IMG/VR virus record: IMGVR_UViG_3300017913_001906
Coordinates: 1 to 50,898 of that record
DNA length: 50,898 bases
Strand: one strand, 5' to 3'
DNA from: a virus
Lineage: Duplodnaviria > Caudoviricetes
In this document: positions 21,501-30,031 of the stretch, piece by piece
Position numbering within the stretch: position 1 is the stretch's first letter
Layout of the letters: the number at the start of each line of letters is the position of its first letter
Notes under the pieces: generated by a model
The model's input: only the letters and a program-made list of their open reading frames with translations
What the model was told of the DNA's origin: nothing
The model's database searches: none
Translations under genes and position numbers: made by a program

Positions 21501-22590
21501 AGCAGGTTCGACAGCTATTGCTAGTGAAATATTTAGACCAGCGAGAGCATTTGGTAGAGCAGGCGTTGCTAACGAAAAAATCTTTGAAATTAGAATGTTA
21601 GAGCCAGGCAGTGGTTATGATGCAAGTAGTCCACCAACAATTACAATTACTGATCCTAACAACATTTTTGAAGCACCGACTCTTACTAGAGTATTTAACG
21701 GTGCGCTAGGACAGCCAACATTTACTGATAGAGGTAGCTCTTATGAAAATGCAAGTGCTGAAATAGATAAAAATAACAGTAATGGTTTTGCAGACTTCTT
21801 ACAAACAGGTAAAAATATTGCTGTAAGAAGATTGTCTAAAAAGCCAGTGAATGGTTCTAACGTGGTGTTTAGCGCACTACCAGATGATACTTTCAAACTA
21901 GTTAACACAGTTTCGTTTGTAGGAGACACTGACGGAACTTACACAGCGTTCTTAAACATCAGTCCAGACATGGAAGTTGACGAAGCAGTTGCAGATGAAA
22001 CAGAAGTAACAATACGTATTCGTTACTCACAGGTACGTCTAACTGGACACGACTTCCTAGATATTGGTACTGGTAACTTTACAGAGACTAACTATCCAGG
22101 ATTGCCAACACAAGATCCTATCCAAGCAAATGAAACCAAAGCATCAAATGGTGGTAGAGTGTTCTTCACAGCTACTGACCAAGATGGTAACTTTAGAGTT
22201 GGTGACTTGTTTAGCGTTGAGCAGGCAACTGGTGTTGCAACATTGAATGCTGAGGCATTTAACATTGCAGGTCTACAAGAACTATCACTAGGTGAAGTTA
22301 CACTAGGTGGTAACTCAGCAAGTATTAACGAATTCTCAACAGATCCGTTCTTTACTGCTAACAGTGATACGATTGTTCCAACACAGCGAGCAATCAAATC
22401 ATATATTGAAGCACAAATTGGTGGCGGTGGTGCGTCACTAAACGTCAACAGTGTAACAGCTGGTAGTATTTTGATTAGAACTAATGAAATTACTACAGTA
22501 GATGATAGTGTGATAAATATTAATGCTAACATGAACTTCAAAAAAGGTGTTATAGGCTTACCAATAGCGTTTAACTACTTCTTAAGATAG
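15580..22590 (+). CDS. Giant tail/baseplate protein (paralogue of 9978..15542) with four helical CxRD repeats
   Basis: 2336 aa with the same architecture (MAEF.L.R....WK, CBM5/12-like repeats, NDFTQVISDGIG, GHDFLDIGTGNF). It adds an expanded helical region with Y...KC.RDVG.I.DA..(W/Y)DL repeats. Confidence 0.8.
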   Translation: MAEFKLGRIRFVWKNVWTTGTVYYKDDVIQYGGRLYICVTGHTAAADFYTDLDITPSKWNLVSDGQNWKGDWATSTKYVYNDIVKYGARLYIANTVHTSAATADDGLENDLSKWDVFGEGLDYKGDWAVSTRYKVNDFVKYGGINYVCNALHTSAADADSGLEANISNWDEFDAGTEFKGAWTVSTRYKKNDIVRFGGNLHICATYHTSTDNFDTDESNWTLFVQGIQYENEWDFNKQYQQGDIVLYGGNQYISKQTHGNQTPGDDTAYWELYSKGLNWKGDYGEDSSTQEYRPGDIVKVNGTTYICIDETIGNEPPNASYWEEFSSGFNWRDEWLDDREYKKGDVVRYNTNSYVCVLAHQSEGDDYSSLGGAQNSRPDLDTTGTYWNIMTVGTETSVLTTKGDMVFYGGSGPARLPIGKEGQVLRVSNSDTPEWAYLGFTDDVFYVSENGVDKPWPAAGGSVDNPFRTIRYACEAVEKGAYNNDAALLLERNRFFIQRETGEWTDYQIANDLAPFTSAFDYNQGKCERDVGRIIDAVVWDLRHSGNVKSREAALKYVNEPGAFYTLGQGEETVASINYALTVMEKVLAQSDPTTNYQDENGDNSTAIVAQYKNSALKEEGVTTKVTALVKIVTDAITAQKDDDIPPKDDPTFLIRVATGRYKEILPIIVPANTCVMGDELRATNVQPKTTTNGANLTSRDDTPFSFQAVTHMENLLGDIVLGSAVTPTTGNTEDQSTLWPYAVGSQQTAVKQLARVIRRRIDWHIGDKLENELQGINQFSSALTGYARDQILSNKAYLQAEIIAYIADSYPNIKYSKTKCKQDVGYILDALAYDLTYGGNWQSVNAGEAYWQGTTLQIDSSEKTGTLAAYERLKVLLQTILRGFTVTDGDQDAIDQVMGEGGGAADVTTVDGLMDNIIDIITNGSNRVPIVYPTTSGALPQRVVASNDLNNAVSTIKSQVTSFVSANFPNLDYNSAKCERDVGYIIDAIRYDLMMGTNFASMVVAYSYLREPSKKVTGDQKEATLASYEYLRTLCKDNSGNGDGAGEMDNQIDTTIDWVNDMIFSGAAEGGNEHWWEPNLDHAVQQIELNQDFIAEEVHAHITEYFKDNVIATTNSGNTLTVIDTSWMRQWMKVSLEGTALGGLSTSTTYYVRNILDANTVTLSTSKGGSAVSVTDDSGDSSSLTIKAAYTYSKADCTRDIKAYLAAIQWDFVYPHNWDRDYTNDVTVYLTGCYKTRLAARYYANAVLGSQEEDFYYLRNNTGLRLQTMDGLKGDLLAPNQYGTSRVSAGAYASLDPGWGPKDERVWIKTRSPYVQNCTTFGFAAVGQKIDGALHDGGNDSMVSNDFTQVISDGIGAWLLNNGRAEMVSVFTYYSHIGYLCESGGRARATNGNNSYGDFGSVAEGVDPDETPVTAVVDNKFQYVATMSNAETDGDQVLNVEFAHAGEQYTDGVINIFGGGSGAETEVDEFRDGAVSQVRMLDQNDSSGQLGGKGYLVVQNTAQAGTTTQLTLAATDGNLSTAYPGMLLVLTGGSGVGQRGIIDTYDAGSKVATVVRQSDGVAGWDSFLPGKTIVAPNSSTTYRIEPAISFSTVSPSSNGRAFASTANWSDIHFADLSRQYTDVDVSDGSSTTATFDVDRVRSRYFVTLNEPGLGYNRGDVLTILGSAVGGVDSTNDITITISAVNSTTGAIVAFDYKGFARQGIYLATVDSAATFNYSYDGTTWTAGTLPGTAPDGPTEVASGVTDDGSSDYKQSVMVVAGQSSVSNQLWRSTDGVNWTSEAAPGGPYSSAPHITYGNNLFVVIFEGTRDVLYSSDGGDTWVRTEDALPSTGYTAITYGRNKFMAVKSGSTEAAISSDGITWTTITMPSSATWTSITYGQNRHLAVAVDGTSAFSIDDGTNWTSVTLPTGSDYSDVAYGQGNFVATRTGSSTYAYSTHGLVWDTGTAQISSASGIDAVTFGNNQAVPRFFAATAGSTAIASEIFRPARAFGRAGVANEKIFEIRMLEPGSGYDASSPPTITITDPNNIFEAPTLTRVFNGALGQPTFTDRGSSYENASAEIDKNNSNGFADFLQTGKNIAVRRLSKKPVNGSNVVFSALPDDTFKLVNTVSFVGDTDGTYTAFLNISPDMEVDEAVADETEVTIRIRYSQVRLTGHDFLDIGTGNFTETNYPGLPTQDPIQANETKASNGGRVFFTATDQDGNFRVGDLFSVEQATGVATLNAEAFNIAGLQELSLGEVTLGGNSASINEFSTDPFFTANSDTIVPTQRAIKSYIEAQIGGGGASLNVNSVTAGSILIRTNEITTVDDSVININANMNFKKGVIGLPIAFNYFLR

Positions 22591-22605
22591 AGAGGACTAT
22601 AAATT

Positions 22606-22926
22606 ATGGCAACAGGAAGATTAGGTGTACAAGACCTACTAGCGGCTACCAACACTACATTGTACACTGTGCCTACAGGAAACTTTTCTGTAGTATCAGT
22701 GAACATTTGTAATAGAGGTACATCTACTGCAAACGTCCGTGTAGCTATTGCAGCAGCGGCAACACCAGTAGATTCAGAATATATTGAGTATGATGCACAG
22801 GTTCTACCAAACGGTGTACTAGAAAGAACTGGTATCATAGCAGATGCAGATAAATTGATTGTGGTTAGATCATCTAACTCAGATGTATCAGCAGTATGCT
22901 ATGGAATTGAAACATCAACAACATAG
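22606..22926 (+). CDS. Small virion structural protein
   Basis: 106 aa, SD GAGG, MATGRLG...YTVP...ICNR...YIEYD...LERTGI...YGIE. It sits within the structural operon. Confidence 0.7.
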   Translation: MATGRLGVQDLLAATNTTLYTVPTGNFSVVSVNICNRGTSTANVRVAIAAAATPVDSEYIEYDAQVLPNGVLERTGIIADADKLIVVRSSNSDVSAVCYGIETSTT

Positions 22927-22936
22927 GGAAGATAAA

Positions 22937-23392
22937 ATGGGAAGAAGAGTATCATTAGGAGTTTATCCAAGCCAAGGCAAAACTCTAATAGGAGCAGAGG
23001 CAGACAGACCGGCTACTTCTAACCCTGGTGTGCAGTTTTACAATCAGACTAGGAACCAACTAGAGATTTATAACGGTCAAGGATGGCATGCCGTAAGAGA
23101 TACTCTACCAGTTGTTGTTTCAAGTTCAGGAAGTGTTGTTTCAAACAGACATTACTGGGTAAACACAGCAGGAGGTGCAGTGACACTTACACTGCCGGCA
23201 TCACCTGCACAAAACGATATTATACGTTTCACAGATATCGGAGGAGCATTTGATTCAAATGCACTAACAATTAACAGAAACGGAAAAAGAATACAGCGAT
23301 TAGCTGATGATATGACCGTTGACACTGAAGGCGCAAGTTTAACACTTATGTTCTACGATGACACAAACGGTTGGCTATTGAAAACGGTATAA
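22937..23392 (+). CDS. Tail fibre / baseplate attachment domain protein
   Basis: The likely start is the ATG at 22937 (MGRRVSLG), because the track start at 22859 overlaps the previous gene. It contains YWVNTAGGAVTLTLPASP..D.I...D..G.F..N.LTINRNG, a module typical of T4-like fibre proteins. Confidence 0.65.
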   Translation: MGRRVSLGVYPSQGKTLIGAEADRPATSNPGVQFYNQTRNQLEIYNGQGWHAVRDTLPVVVSSSGSVVSNRHYWVNTAGGAVTLTLPASPAQNDIIRFTDIGGAFDSNALTINRNGKRIQRLADDMTVDTEGASLTLMFYDDTNGWLLKTV

Positions 23393-23402
23393 GGATTATT
23401 AC

Positions 23403-24251
23403 ATGGCATTTACATATCAATCATTAAAACATTTAAAGTCAGCAGCAATTGATGACGGCGAAGTACAAACTGATGATATTGGTGCCAGTCAAGTTGGTAC
23501 AAGCGAACTTGCAGATGGCGCAGTAACAGCAGCAAAACTTGCTTCAGCAGCAGTTGATGTGACAACAGGAACTGTTACAGGCACTATGCCTGTGTCAAAA
23601 GGTGGTACAGGTTCCACAAGTTTGTCTGGTGCTAACAATGGTATTTTTAGTAATGGTAGTAGTTTAACAGCCAAGGCATACGGCATTCAAGGCATGCAAG
23701 TGTACACAGGTAATAGTACATGGAATAAACCTAGCGGAGTGCGCTACGTCAAGGTACAAGTCCAAGGTGCAGGTGGTGGTGGCTCAGGTCACGGAGAATC
23801 AGGTGGTGCTGGCGGCTATGCAGAGGAAATCATTAATGTAACTAGTGTAAGTTCAGTAAGTATTAGCGTCGGTGGCGGTGGTGGTGGTTCTTACTACTCC
23901 GGTGCAGGTGGTAATGCAAATGGCTCATCATTTGGCAACTACTGTAGTGCAAGTGGCGGTAGAGGTGCAAACAGAAATAACCAACACTCAGGCGGACTAG
24001 GTGGAGTAGGATCAGGAGGAAACCTTAACGTATATGGAGGAGGTGGCGGAAGTCATCACCAACGTTCTGGAACAGCTGGACCTTCATTCTGGGGAGGCAG
24101 TGGACCAGGTGGACATCCACAAGGCGGACAATTTGCTTATAACCACAGAGCATATGCAGCCTACGGAGCAGGCGGAGCAGGCGGATATTTCCATGGCAAC
24201 AGAGGTGCTGTTGGAAAAGGCGGCTGTGTCGTTGTAACAAGTTTTTATTAG
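23403..24251 (+). CDS. Glycine-rich tail fibre/adhesin-like protein, paralogue 1 of 3
   Basis: 282 aa. Short pentapeptide-like N-terminal repeats and VTGT.PV.KGGTG are followed by TW.KPSGVR.V.V...GGGG and a Gly/His-rich C-terminal domain ending G.VVV..Y. Confidence 0.75.
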   Translation: MAFTYQSLKHLKSAAIDDGEVQTDDIGASQVGTSELADGAVTAAKLASAAVDVTTGTVTGTMPVSKGGTGSTSLSGANNGIFSNGSSLTAKAYGIQGMQVYTGNSTWNKPSGVRYVKVQVQGAGGGGSGHGESGGAGGYAEEIINVTSVSSVSISVGGGGGGSYYSGAGGNANGSSFGNYCSASGGRGANRNNQHSGGLGGVGSGGNLNVYGGGGGSHHQRSGTAGPSFWGGSGPGGHPQGGQFAYNHRAYAAYGAGGAGGYFHGNRGAVGKGGCVVVTSFY

Positions 24252-24260
24252 GAGTAATAG

Positions 24261-25115
24261 ATGGCATTTGATTATCAAACACTAAAACGTATTAGAAATG
24301 ATGCTATTCAGACTGGACAAATTCAGACTGATAACTTTGCAGATAATGCTATTCACACAGAACAAATAGCACCTGGTGCTATTACTAGTGCAAAATTAGC
24401 AAGTAGTGCAGTTAATCTTGCAGGCAATACTGTAACAGGAACATTACCTACATCAAAAGGTGGTACAGGTAGAACAAGTGTAGGAAGTGCAAATCAGATA
24501 CTTGCTGTTAATAGTGCAAACAACGGATTGGAATTTAAAAACCACGGACTAAGAAACATGAACGTTTATACAAGTAACAGCACATGGACTAAACCAAGTG
24601 GTGTAAGATTTGTAAAAGTCCTTGTAACAGCATCAGGTGGCGGCGGATCAGGTCATGGAGAATCAGGTGGTGCTGGCGGACACGCACAAGAAATTATTAA
24701 TGTTACTAACGTAAGTTCCGTAAGTATTACAGTTGGTGGCGAAGGCGGCGGCACTTACTATTCGGGTGCTGGTGGTAATGCTAACAGTGCAAGTTTTGGT
24801 AACTACTGTAGTGCATCAGGCGGACGCGGTGCTAACCGTAACAACCAACACTCAGGTGGCGTAGGTGGCAACGGTAGCGGTGGAAATATTAACGTATATG
24901 GTGGTGGAGGAAGACCACATCATACATACAGTAGTTGTGGTGGCGACAGTTTTTGGGGAGGCCCAGTTCCAGCAGGACATCCACAAGGTGGACAGTTTAG
25001 TTGGAACCATAGAGCCCATGCAGCATACGGTGCTGGAGGATCAGGCGGTTACTTCCACGGAAATCGTGGAGCAAACGGTAGAAGAGGGTGCGTAGTAGTA
25101 TATAATTATTATTAA
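24261..25115 (+). CDS. Glycine-rich tail fibre/adhesin-like protein, paralogue 2 of 3
   Basis: 284 aa, colinear with paralogue 1. It shares GGGGSGHGESGGAGG and FGNYCSASGGRGANRNNQHSGG exactly. Confidence 0.75.
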   Translation: MAFDYQTLKRIRNDAIQTGQIQTDNFADNAIHTEQIAPGAITSAKLASSAVNLAGNTVTGTLPTSKGGTGRTSVGSANQILAVNSANNGLEFKNHGLRNMNVYTSNSTWTKPSGVRFVKVLVTASGGGGSGHGESGGAGGHAQEIINVTNVSSVSITVGGEGGGTYYSGAGGNANSASFGNYCSASGGRGANRNNQHSGGVGGNGSGGNINVYGGGGRPHHTYSSCGGDSFWGGPVPAGHPQGGQFSWNHRAHAAYGAGGSGGYFHGNRGANGRRGCVVVYNYY

Positions 25116-25124
25116 GGATAAACA

Positions 25125-25979
25125 ATGGCATTTAATTATCAAGAACTGAAAAACTTAAAAACTGAAGCACTTATTGACGATACAATCAATAGTGATAACA
25201 TAGGTGACGGTCAAGTACACACTGCAAAAATTAACAGCGGTACAATGACAAGTGCAAAGTTTGGAAGCGGTTCTGTTAATACATCTTCAGGCACAGTTAC
25301 AGGTACATTACCAGTGAATAAAGGTGGTACTGGATTAACATCAGTTGGTAGTAACAACACAGTACTTACAACAAACAATTCAGGTAACGGACTTGCTTAT
25401 GCTAACACAGGCTTAAGAAGTATGCAAGTGTTTACCGGAGGTGGTACTTGGAATAAACCAAGTGGTGTAAGATACATACATGTACAAGTTACAGGTGCAG
25501 GAGGTGGCGGATCAGGTCACGGAGAATCTGGCGGAGCAGGCGGATATGCTGAAGAAATTATAAACGTTAGCAATGTTAGTAGCGTATCAGTAAGCATTGG
25601 TAATGCTGGAGGCGGAACATACTACGCTAATAGAGCAGGAAATTCAAACGGTTCTTCATTTGGTAACTATTGTAGTGCAAGTGGAGGACGCGGTGCTAAC
25701 AGAAACAATCAACATTCAGGTGGATTACCTGGGATTGGATCTGGAGGCAATTTAAACAGTTACGGCGGCGGTGGCGGAAGTCATCACCAAAGTTATGGCC
25801 CTGGAGGAAGATCATTCTGGGGAGGAAGTACAGCAAGTGGACACCCACAGGGTGGAAACTTTGCACATAATCATCAATCACACGCAGCTTATGGTGCAGG
25901 TGGGCAAGGTGGATACTTTCATGGTATCCGTGGTGCAAACGGCAGAAATGGGCTTGTGGTAATTACGGAGTATTATTAA
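25125..25979 (+). CDS. Glycine-rich tail fibre/adhesin-like protein, paralogue 3 of 3
   Basis: 284 aa with the same invariant blocks, plus SFWGG, GHPQGG.F and AAYGAGG.GGYFHG.RG. Confidence 0.75.
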   Translation: MAFNYQELKNLKTEALIDDTINSDNIGDGQVHTAKINSGTMTSAKFGSGSVNTSSGTVTGTLPVNKGGTGLTSVGSNNTVLTTNNSGNGLAYANTGLRSMQVFTGGGTWNKPSGVRYIHVQVTGAGGGGSGHGESGGAGGYAEEIINVSNVSSVSVSIGNAGGGTYYANRAGNSNGSSFGNYCSASGGRGANRNNQHSGGLPGIGSGGNLNSYGGGGGSHHQSYGPGGRSFWGGSTASGHPQGGNFAHNHQSHAAYGAGGQGGYFHGIRGANGRNGLVVITEYY

Positions 25980-26467
25980 TGAAAAAAGTTATGATGTCTA
26001 TTGAAGGATATGTGTTGGAAATCCACGAACCTGGTCAAGAATATGACATTTATGATGGTGCAGACGCTAGTTTTGTATGGGTTGATGCTCCAGATGATGT
26101 TACTCTTGACTGGACGTTAGAGTGGAGTCCTACACAACAACAAATGATTTGGGTAGAAAGAGACGGCCCACCAGTTGATAATCGTATGAAGCGTAAAGTT
26201 GCATACGGAGAAGTTGGCGCACAGCTTGACATGATGTATCATGATGCAATCAATGGTACAAATACATGGAGGGATCATATTACTATGGTAAAAAATAACA
26301 TACCTAGACCAGATCCAGAACCAGAACCAATGTCAGCAGAAGAAGAAAGAGCATTAGATCAAATCGAAGAACCGTCAACAACAAGAAGAATGAAACTATC
26401 AAGCGGTGAAATGCCAGCCTGGAAAAGATATCCGGGTTGGAGTGGTTATAATGCAGGAGGGGAATAA
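25979..26467 (+). CDS. Putative tail fibre assembly chaperone / fibre-associated protein
   Basis: 162 aa with a TAATG overlap with the fibre gene. The R..AY...G.QLDM.YHD....W..HI..VK..IP.P pattern resembles small proteins that follow fibre genes in marine phages (recognised by eye). Confidence 0.45.
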   Translation: MKKVMMSIEGYVLEIHEPGQEYDIYDGADASFVWVDAPDDVTLDWTLEWSPTQQQMIWVERDGPPVDNRMKRKVAYGEVGAQLDMMYHDAINGTNTWRDHITMVKNNIPRPDPEPEPMSAEEERALDQIEEPSTTRRMKLSSGEMPAWKRYPGWSGYNAGGE

Positions 26468-26469
26468 TT

Positions 26470-26697
26470 ATGGCACATGTTGAACCTTGCGGACCAGTAG
26501 AAATTGAAAATAAGTCATTAGCTCAAATTATGGAAGTACCATTAGTAGAGTTTGTTAAGCATAGCCATATCATTGTGCAATTAAATGGCGAAAATGTTAC
26601 ACTTGCATGGGACGCACCAAGTAGAGATTATCAAGTTCGTTATAACGGGCATGACTATGAGTGCGATGGACCACGCTATAGAGCTGTACACGATTAA
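26470..26697 (+). CDS. Hypothetical protein
   Basis: 75 aa, SD GGAGG upstream, last gene before the terminator. Confidence 0.55.
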   Translation: MAHVEPCGPVEIENKSLAQIMEVPLVEFVKHSHIIVQLNGENVTLAWDAPSRDYQVRYNGHDYECDGPRYRAVHD

Positions 26698-26703
26698 AAT
26701 TTT

Positions 26704-26740
26704 GTAAGGTGCAGGATGTATATTTTGCACCTTGCCTTTT
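26704..26740 (+). terminator. Rho-independent terminator
   Basis: GTAAGGTGCAGGAT-GTAT-ATTTTGCACCTTGC forms a 14-bp stem (with G-U pairs) followed by CTTTT, immediately after the structural operon. Confidence 0.75.
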
Positions 26741-26770
26741 CACTTCTAATAACTACTCATATAATAATCA

Positions 26771-26777
26771 ATAAATA
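26771..26777 (+). promoter_or_regulatory. T4-type late promoter candidate driving the halogenase/oxygenase operon
   Basis: ATAAATA lies downstream of the terminator and 20 nt before the ATG at 26798 (SD AGGAG). Confidence 0.6.
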
Positions 26778-26797
26778 TTTTCACACAGGAGTTCTCT

Positions 26798-28423
26798 ATG
26801 AAAATTAAGACAGTTACTATTGTAGGTGGTGGGTCAAGCGGTTGGATGACTGCGGCTCTACTATCAAAATTATGCCCCCATTTAGATGTTACGTTAGTTG
26901 AATCAAAAACTACTCCTACTGTAGGAGTTGGCGAATCTACACTAGGACATATCAATAGGTATCTTAGATTGTTAGATCTTAAAGATGAAGACTGGATGGC
27001 ATATTGTAATGCTACATATAAAAACAGTATTAGGTTTACAAATTTTAAAGCAAATGACGGTACACATTTTGAATATCCTTTTGTAGACAACTATGACTTT
27101 AGTTTTGCAGATGATGGCGGATTGCATACATGGAGCGAACTAAGTGCGGCATTCCCAGAAAAATTTGATAGCAAATCTTTTGCAAACTTTTTTGCTATGA
27201 GTAACACGCTTCTAGCTACGCACAACAAAGGCACAGATAATGCAGACGGTATGCTTCCATATTTTAGATTTGAAGCAGATACAGCATATCATATGGATGC
27301 ACAAAAGTTTGGAGAATTCTTAAAAGAAAAAGTTGCAATACCTAACGGCGTAAAACATGTGTATAATGATGTGCATAGTTATATACGTGATGAAGATGGT
27401 AATTTAGTACAGTTAATGATGGCTGATGCTACATACATGTCAAGTGACTTATGGATAGACTGTACAGGTTTTAGATCTATTTTACTTGAAGAATTTATGG
27501 GAGAACAGTTTCTAAGTTTTGAATCACACCTTGCAAACAACAAAGCATGGGCAGTACGTTTACCATATACTAACAGAAAAGAACAAATGCATAACGTAAC
27601 TGATTGTCATGCACTTGGTAACGGTTGGGTATGGAATATACCATTATGGAACAGAATTGGTACAGGATATGTTTATAGTTCAAGATTTATAGATTCAACA
27701 GGTGCATTAGAAGAGTTCAAAAAACATTTGGCTACTTGTCATAATCCAGAGTATTTAGAAGATGCAAAGTTTTTTCATATTGATATCAAGCATGGAAGAC
27801 GTAGACGTGCTTGGAGTTATAATGTTGTAGGTATTGGACTTGCTTATGGATTTATCGAACCATTAGAATCAACAGGGTTACTTACCACACATGAAAATAT
27901 TATCAAACTTACAAACATACTAAACAACAGAGGCGGATATGTCACAAATACAGAACGCACAAACTTTAATATGGCATGTGAATATGATGTAGAAAACTTC
28001 AAAGAGTTTGTTAGTATGCACTATGCATATTCAACACGCACAGATACTCCATACTGGCGCTGGTGTACACAATGGAACCATTATGAACCAGATGCTGGAA
28101 CTAATATGATTAAAAAATATAACGGTTATCAAACTGTAGGAATGGGTCTTGCACAAAATAACAGTTTTATGGAAGAGTGGCAAGGTGCAAACTTTGTACT
28201 AGCAGGACTAGGAATACGTCCTGTTGCTATTCCCGAATTTATATCAGCAAGAACACAGTATACAATACTTAAACAAAATAATCGTGTAGATGAATTAAAA
28301 GAATTAGCAGATAATTTTGAAAGTAAATTTGCAAAATATGAGGACTATGTCAAAGGACTACCTTCTCATTATGAATTCTTGAGAGACAGAATCTACGGTG
28401 GAGTAGACGAATACGATGTTTGA
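26798..28423 (+). CDS. Flavin-dependent halogenase (tryptophan halogenase, PrnA/RebH family)
   Basis: 541 aa. It has GGGSSG (FAD), GVGEST, CNATYK (catalytic Lys position), DCTGF, WVWNIP (WxWxIP halogenase signature) and FIEPLESTG. Confidence 0.9.
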   Translation: MKIKTVTIVGGGSSGWMTAALLSKLCPHLDVTLVESKTTPTVGVGESTLGHINRYLRLLDLKDEDWMAYCNATYKNSIRFTNFKANDGTHFEYPFVDNYDFSFADDGGLHTWSELSAAFPEKFDSKSFANFFAMSNTLLATHNKGTDNADGMLPYFRFEADTAYHMDAQKFGEFLKEKVAIPNGVKHVYNDVHSYIRDEDGNLVQLMMADATYMSSDLWIDCTGFRSILLEEFMGEQFLSFESHLANNKAWAVRLPYTNRKEQMHNVTDCHALGNGWVWNIPLWNRIGTGYVYSSRFIDSTGALEEFKKHLATCHNPEYLEDAKFFHIDIKHGRRRRAWSYNVVGIGLAYGFIEPLESTGLLTTHENIIKLTNILNNRGGYVTNTERTNFNMACEYDVENFKEFVSMHYAYSTRTDTPYWRWCTQWNHYEPDAGTNMIKKYNGYQTVGMGLAQNNSFMEEWQGANFVLAGLGIRPVAIPEFISARTQYTILKQNNRVDELKELADNFESKFAKYEDYVKGLPSHYEFLRDRIYGGVDEYDV

Positions 28424-29204
28424 TTTTTTTAAAAAATCAAAAAAACCTAAAATAAGATTTTACAGTTTAGTAGACGGATTAGCTGAAACTAGTCCGATTA
28501 TTCCTGCAACATCATATAAACGTCAATGGTTTACTGAACAAAAACCACATCCAGAAGACGGAATGCGTAGCGCAGATTGCCCAGGTGTAAAACTTCTTAT
28601 AAACAGTGGATGGATAGTTACTGCGCCTGCTGATTTTGGTATAAAAACAAACGGCGATGGATTTAGTTTTGAATATAGAGAAGCATATAGATTTGATCAT
28701 ATGAAAGATGGCGATTATAGAAAGTATGTTAGCCAACATGATGATTACCAGTCAAAACCTATGATAGAATGTCCACATAAACAACTTGCAACTATTGTAA
28801 AACTTGACACACCTTGGCGTTTTGAAATCGATGACGAATGGATGTTACTACAACTTCCTGTGTCGTATAACAAAGAAACTAGATTTACTACATGTCCGGG
28901 ATTTTTAGATCCTAGGTATGGGCATGTAATAAATGTGCAAATGTATTGGCACAGCTTAAATGCAGAAGAAACTGTTACAGCAGGCACTCCTATTTGCCAA
29001 CTAGTACCTGTACGTAGACAAGATTATATGGCAGGTCAATGGGACGCAATAGTAGATACTGCAACTGAATATGATAAACAAAGAGAACGTGCTTTTAACT
29101 ATGCTGTTGACAGTGTGTTTTTAGATAAAGATAAACTGAAGTCACGACTAAAAAGAGTACGTGCAGTTTTAAATAAGTACCGTATAGGAGATAATAATGG
29201 ATAA
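28416..29204 (+). CDS. Hypothetical protein, possible dUTPase-like beta fold (DUF6065-like)
   Basis: 262 aa with CPG......GW...AP.D, K..TPW, PG..D and AGTP..Q.VP patterns. The family assignment is by eye only. Confidence 0.4.
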   Translation: MFDFFKKSKKPKIRFYSLVDGLAETSPIIPATSYKRQWFTEQKPHPEDGMRSADCPGVKLLINSGWIVTAPADFGIKTNGDGFSFEYREAYRFDHMKDGDYRKYVSQHDDYQSKPMIECPHKQLATIVKLDTPWRFEIDDEWMLLQLPVSYNKETRFTTCPGFLDPRYGHVINVQMYWHSLNAEETVTAGTPICQLVPVRRQDYMAGQWDAIVDTATEYDKQRERAFNYAVDSVFLDKDKLKSRLKRVRAVLNKYRIGDNNG

Positions 29205-29454
29205 AAAAGTTTTAGCCCTTCATAGTGTAAAAGTAAAATTAGAAAACGAAATCGCCCAAAAACGTGCAGAACTAGTTCAAATTGAAAGTGAACTTACTGA
29301 CAAAAAATTAAACCCTTACGGCATTACAAATATTGATTTTAGTAAGCGTATGGAAGCGATGGAAGACATTACTAAAATGGAAGGCGCAATCATGGGTATT
29401 GAACTTTGTATTGAAACAATGGAAGAAGTTGAATCCGAAACTGAAGATGCCTAA
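29197..29454 (+). CDS. Small coiled-coil hypothetical protein
   Basis: 85 aa, SD AGGAG, with heptad-like helical composition. Confidence 0.6.
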   Translation: MDKKVLALHSVKVKLENEIAQKRAELVQIESELTDKKLNPYGITNIDFSKRMEAMEDITKMEGAIMGIELCIETMEEVESETEDA

Positions 29455-30031
29455 CAGTATATCGTTCAATCCTTTTCCTAATTTAATACACAAGTTCAAC
29501 TACGATTTCGACACAGATACTCTTGTAAACAAAGTAAGAGAATCTCATCATTCTGCCCCAAAATCACTTAGTATGCTGGAACAGGGAGATGCTTATTCAA
29601 GTGTTGGACAATTACAGCCTCACACCTGGACAGAAACAGAAAATTTTCGTAATTGGTTAATGCCTGTAGTTGACCAAGTGTGGGACGAATTCCATTTTAG
29701 GAAAATAAAAAAGTGGATAGGCGGAAGTTGGTACAATGTACATCTTCGTGAAGGAGAAACACTAGAACATCCTCATGCACATGTTGACATCGTAGCAAGT
29801 TGTTATGTAAAAGCACCTACAGGATCAGGTAATATACTATTCAGAGATCCATTAGAATATCATAGAACAAACACACCTATTACACCTGAAAGAGAAATTT
29901 GGTACGAAGTGCCTGTAACAACTGGTGACGTGTTGTTATTTCCTGGCTGGTTAAAACATAAAACACAACCAAACTCAACAGATGAAGAAAGAATAGTATT
30001 CACATTTAATATTATATCCCATGAAGTTTAA
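29447..30031 (+). CDS. Putative Fe(II)/2OG oxygenase (TIGR02466-like, HxH type)
   Basis: The likely start is 29447 (MPNSISFNPFP). Motifs: SW.N, EHPH, S..YV..P..SG.I.F.DP, G..LLFPGWL.H, ERI...FN. Confidence 0.8.
   Translation: MPNSISFNPFPNLIHKFNYDFDTDTLVNKVRESHHSAPKSLSMLEQGDAYSSVGQLQPHTWTETENFRNWLMPVVDQVWDEFHFRKIKKWIGGSWYNVHLREGETLEHPHAHVDIVASCYVKAPTGSGNILFRDPLEYHRTNTPITPEREIWYEVPVTTGDVLLFPGWLKHKTQPNSTDEERIVFTFNIISHEV

Noticed and set aside
23403-25979. Triplicated fibre genes as the target/template repeats of a diversity-generating retroelement
   Set aside because: Differences are spread over all bases and are mostly synonymous in the conserved blocks, not adenine-specific. All three copies are intact ORFs and no reverse transcriptase is present in the window.
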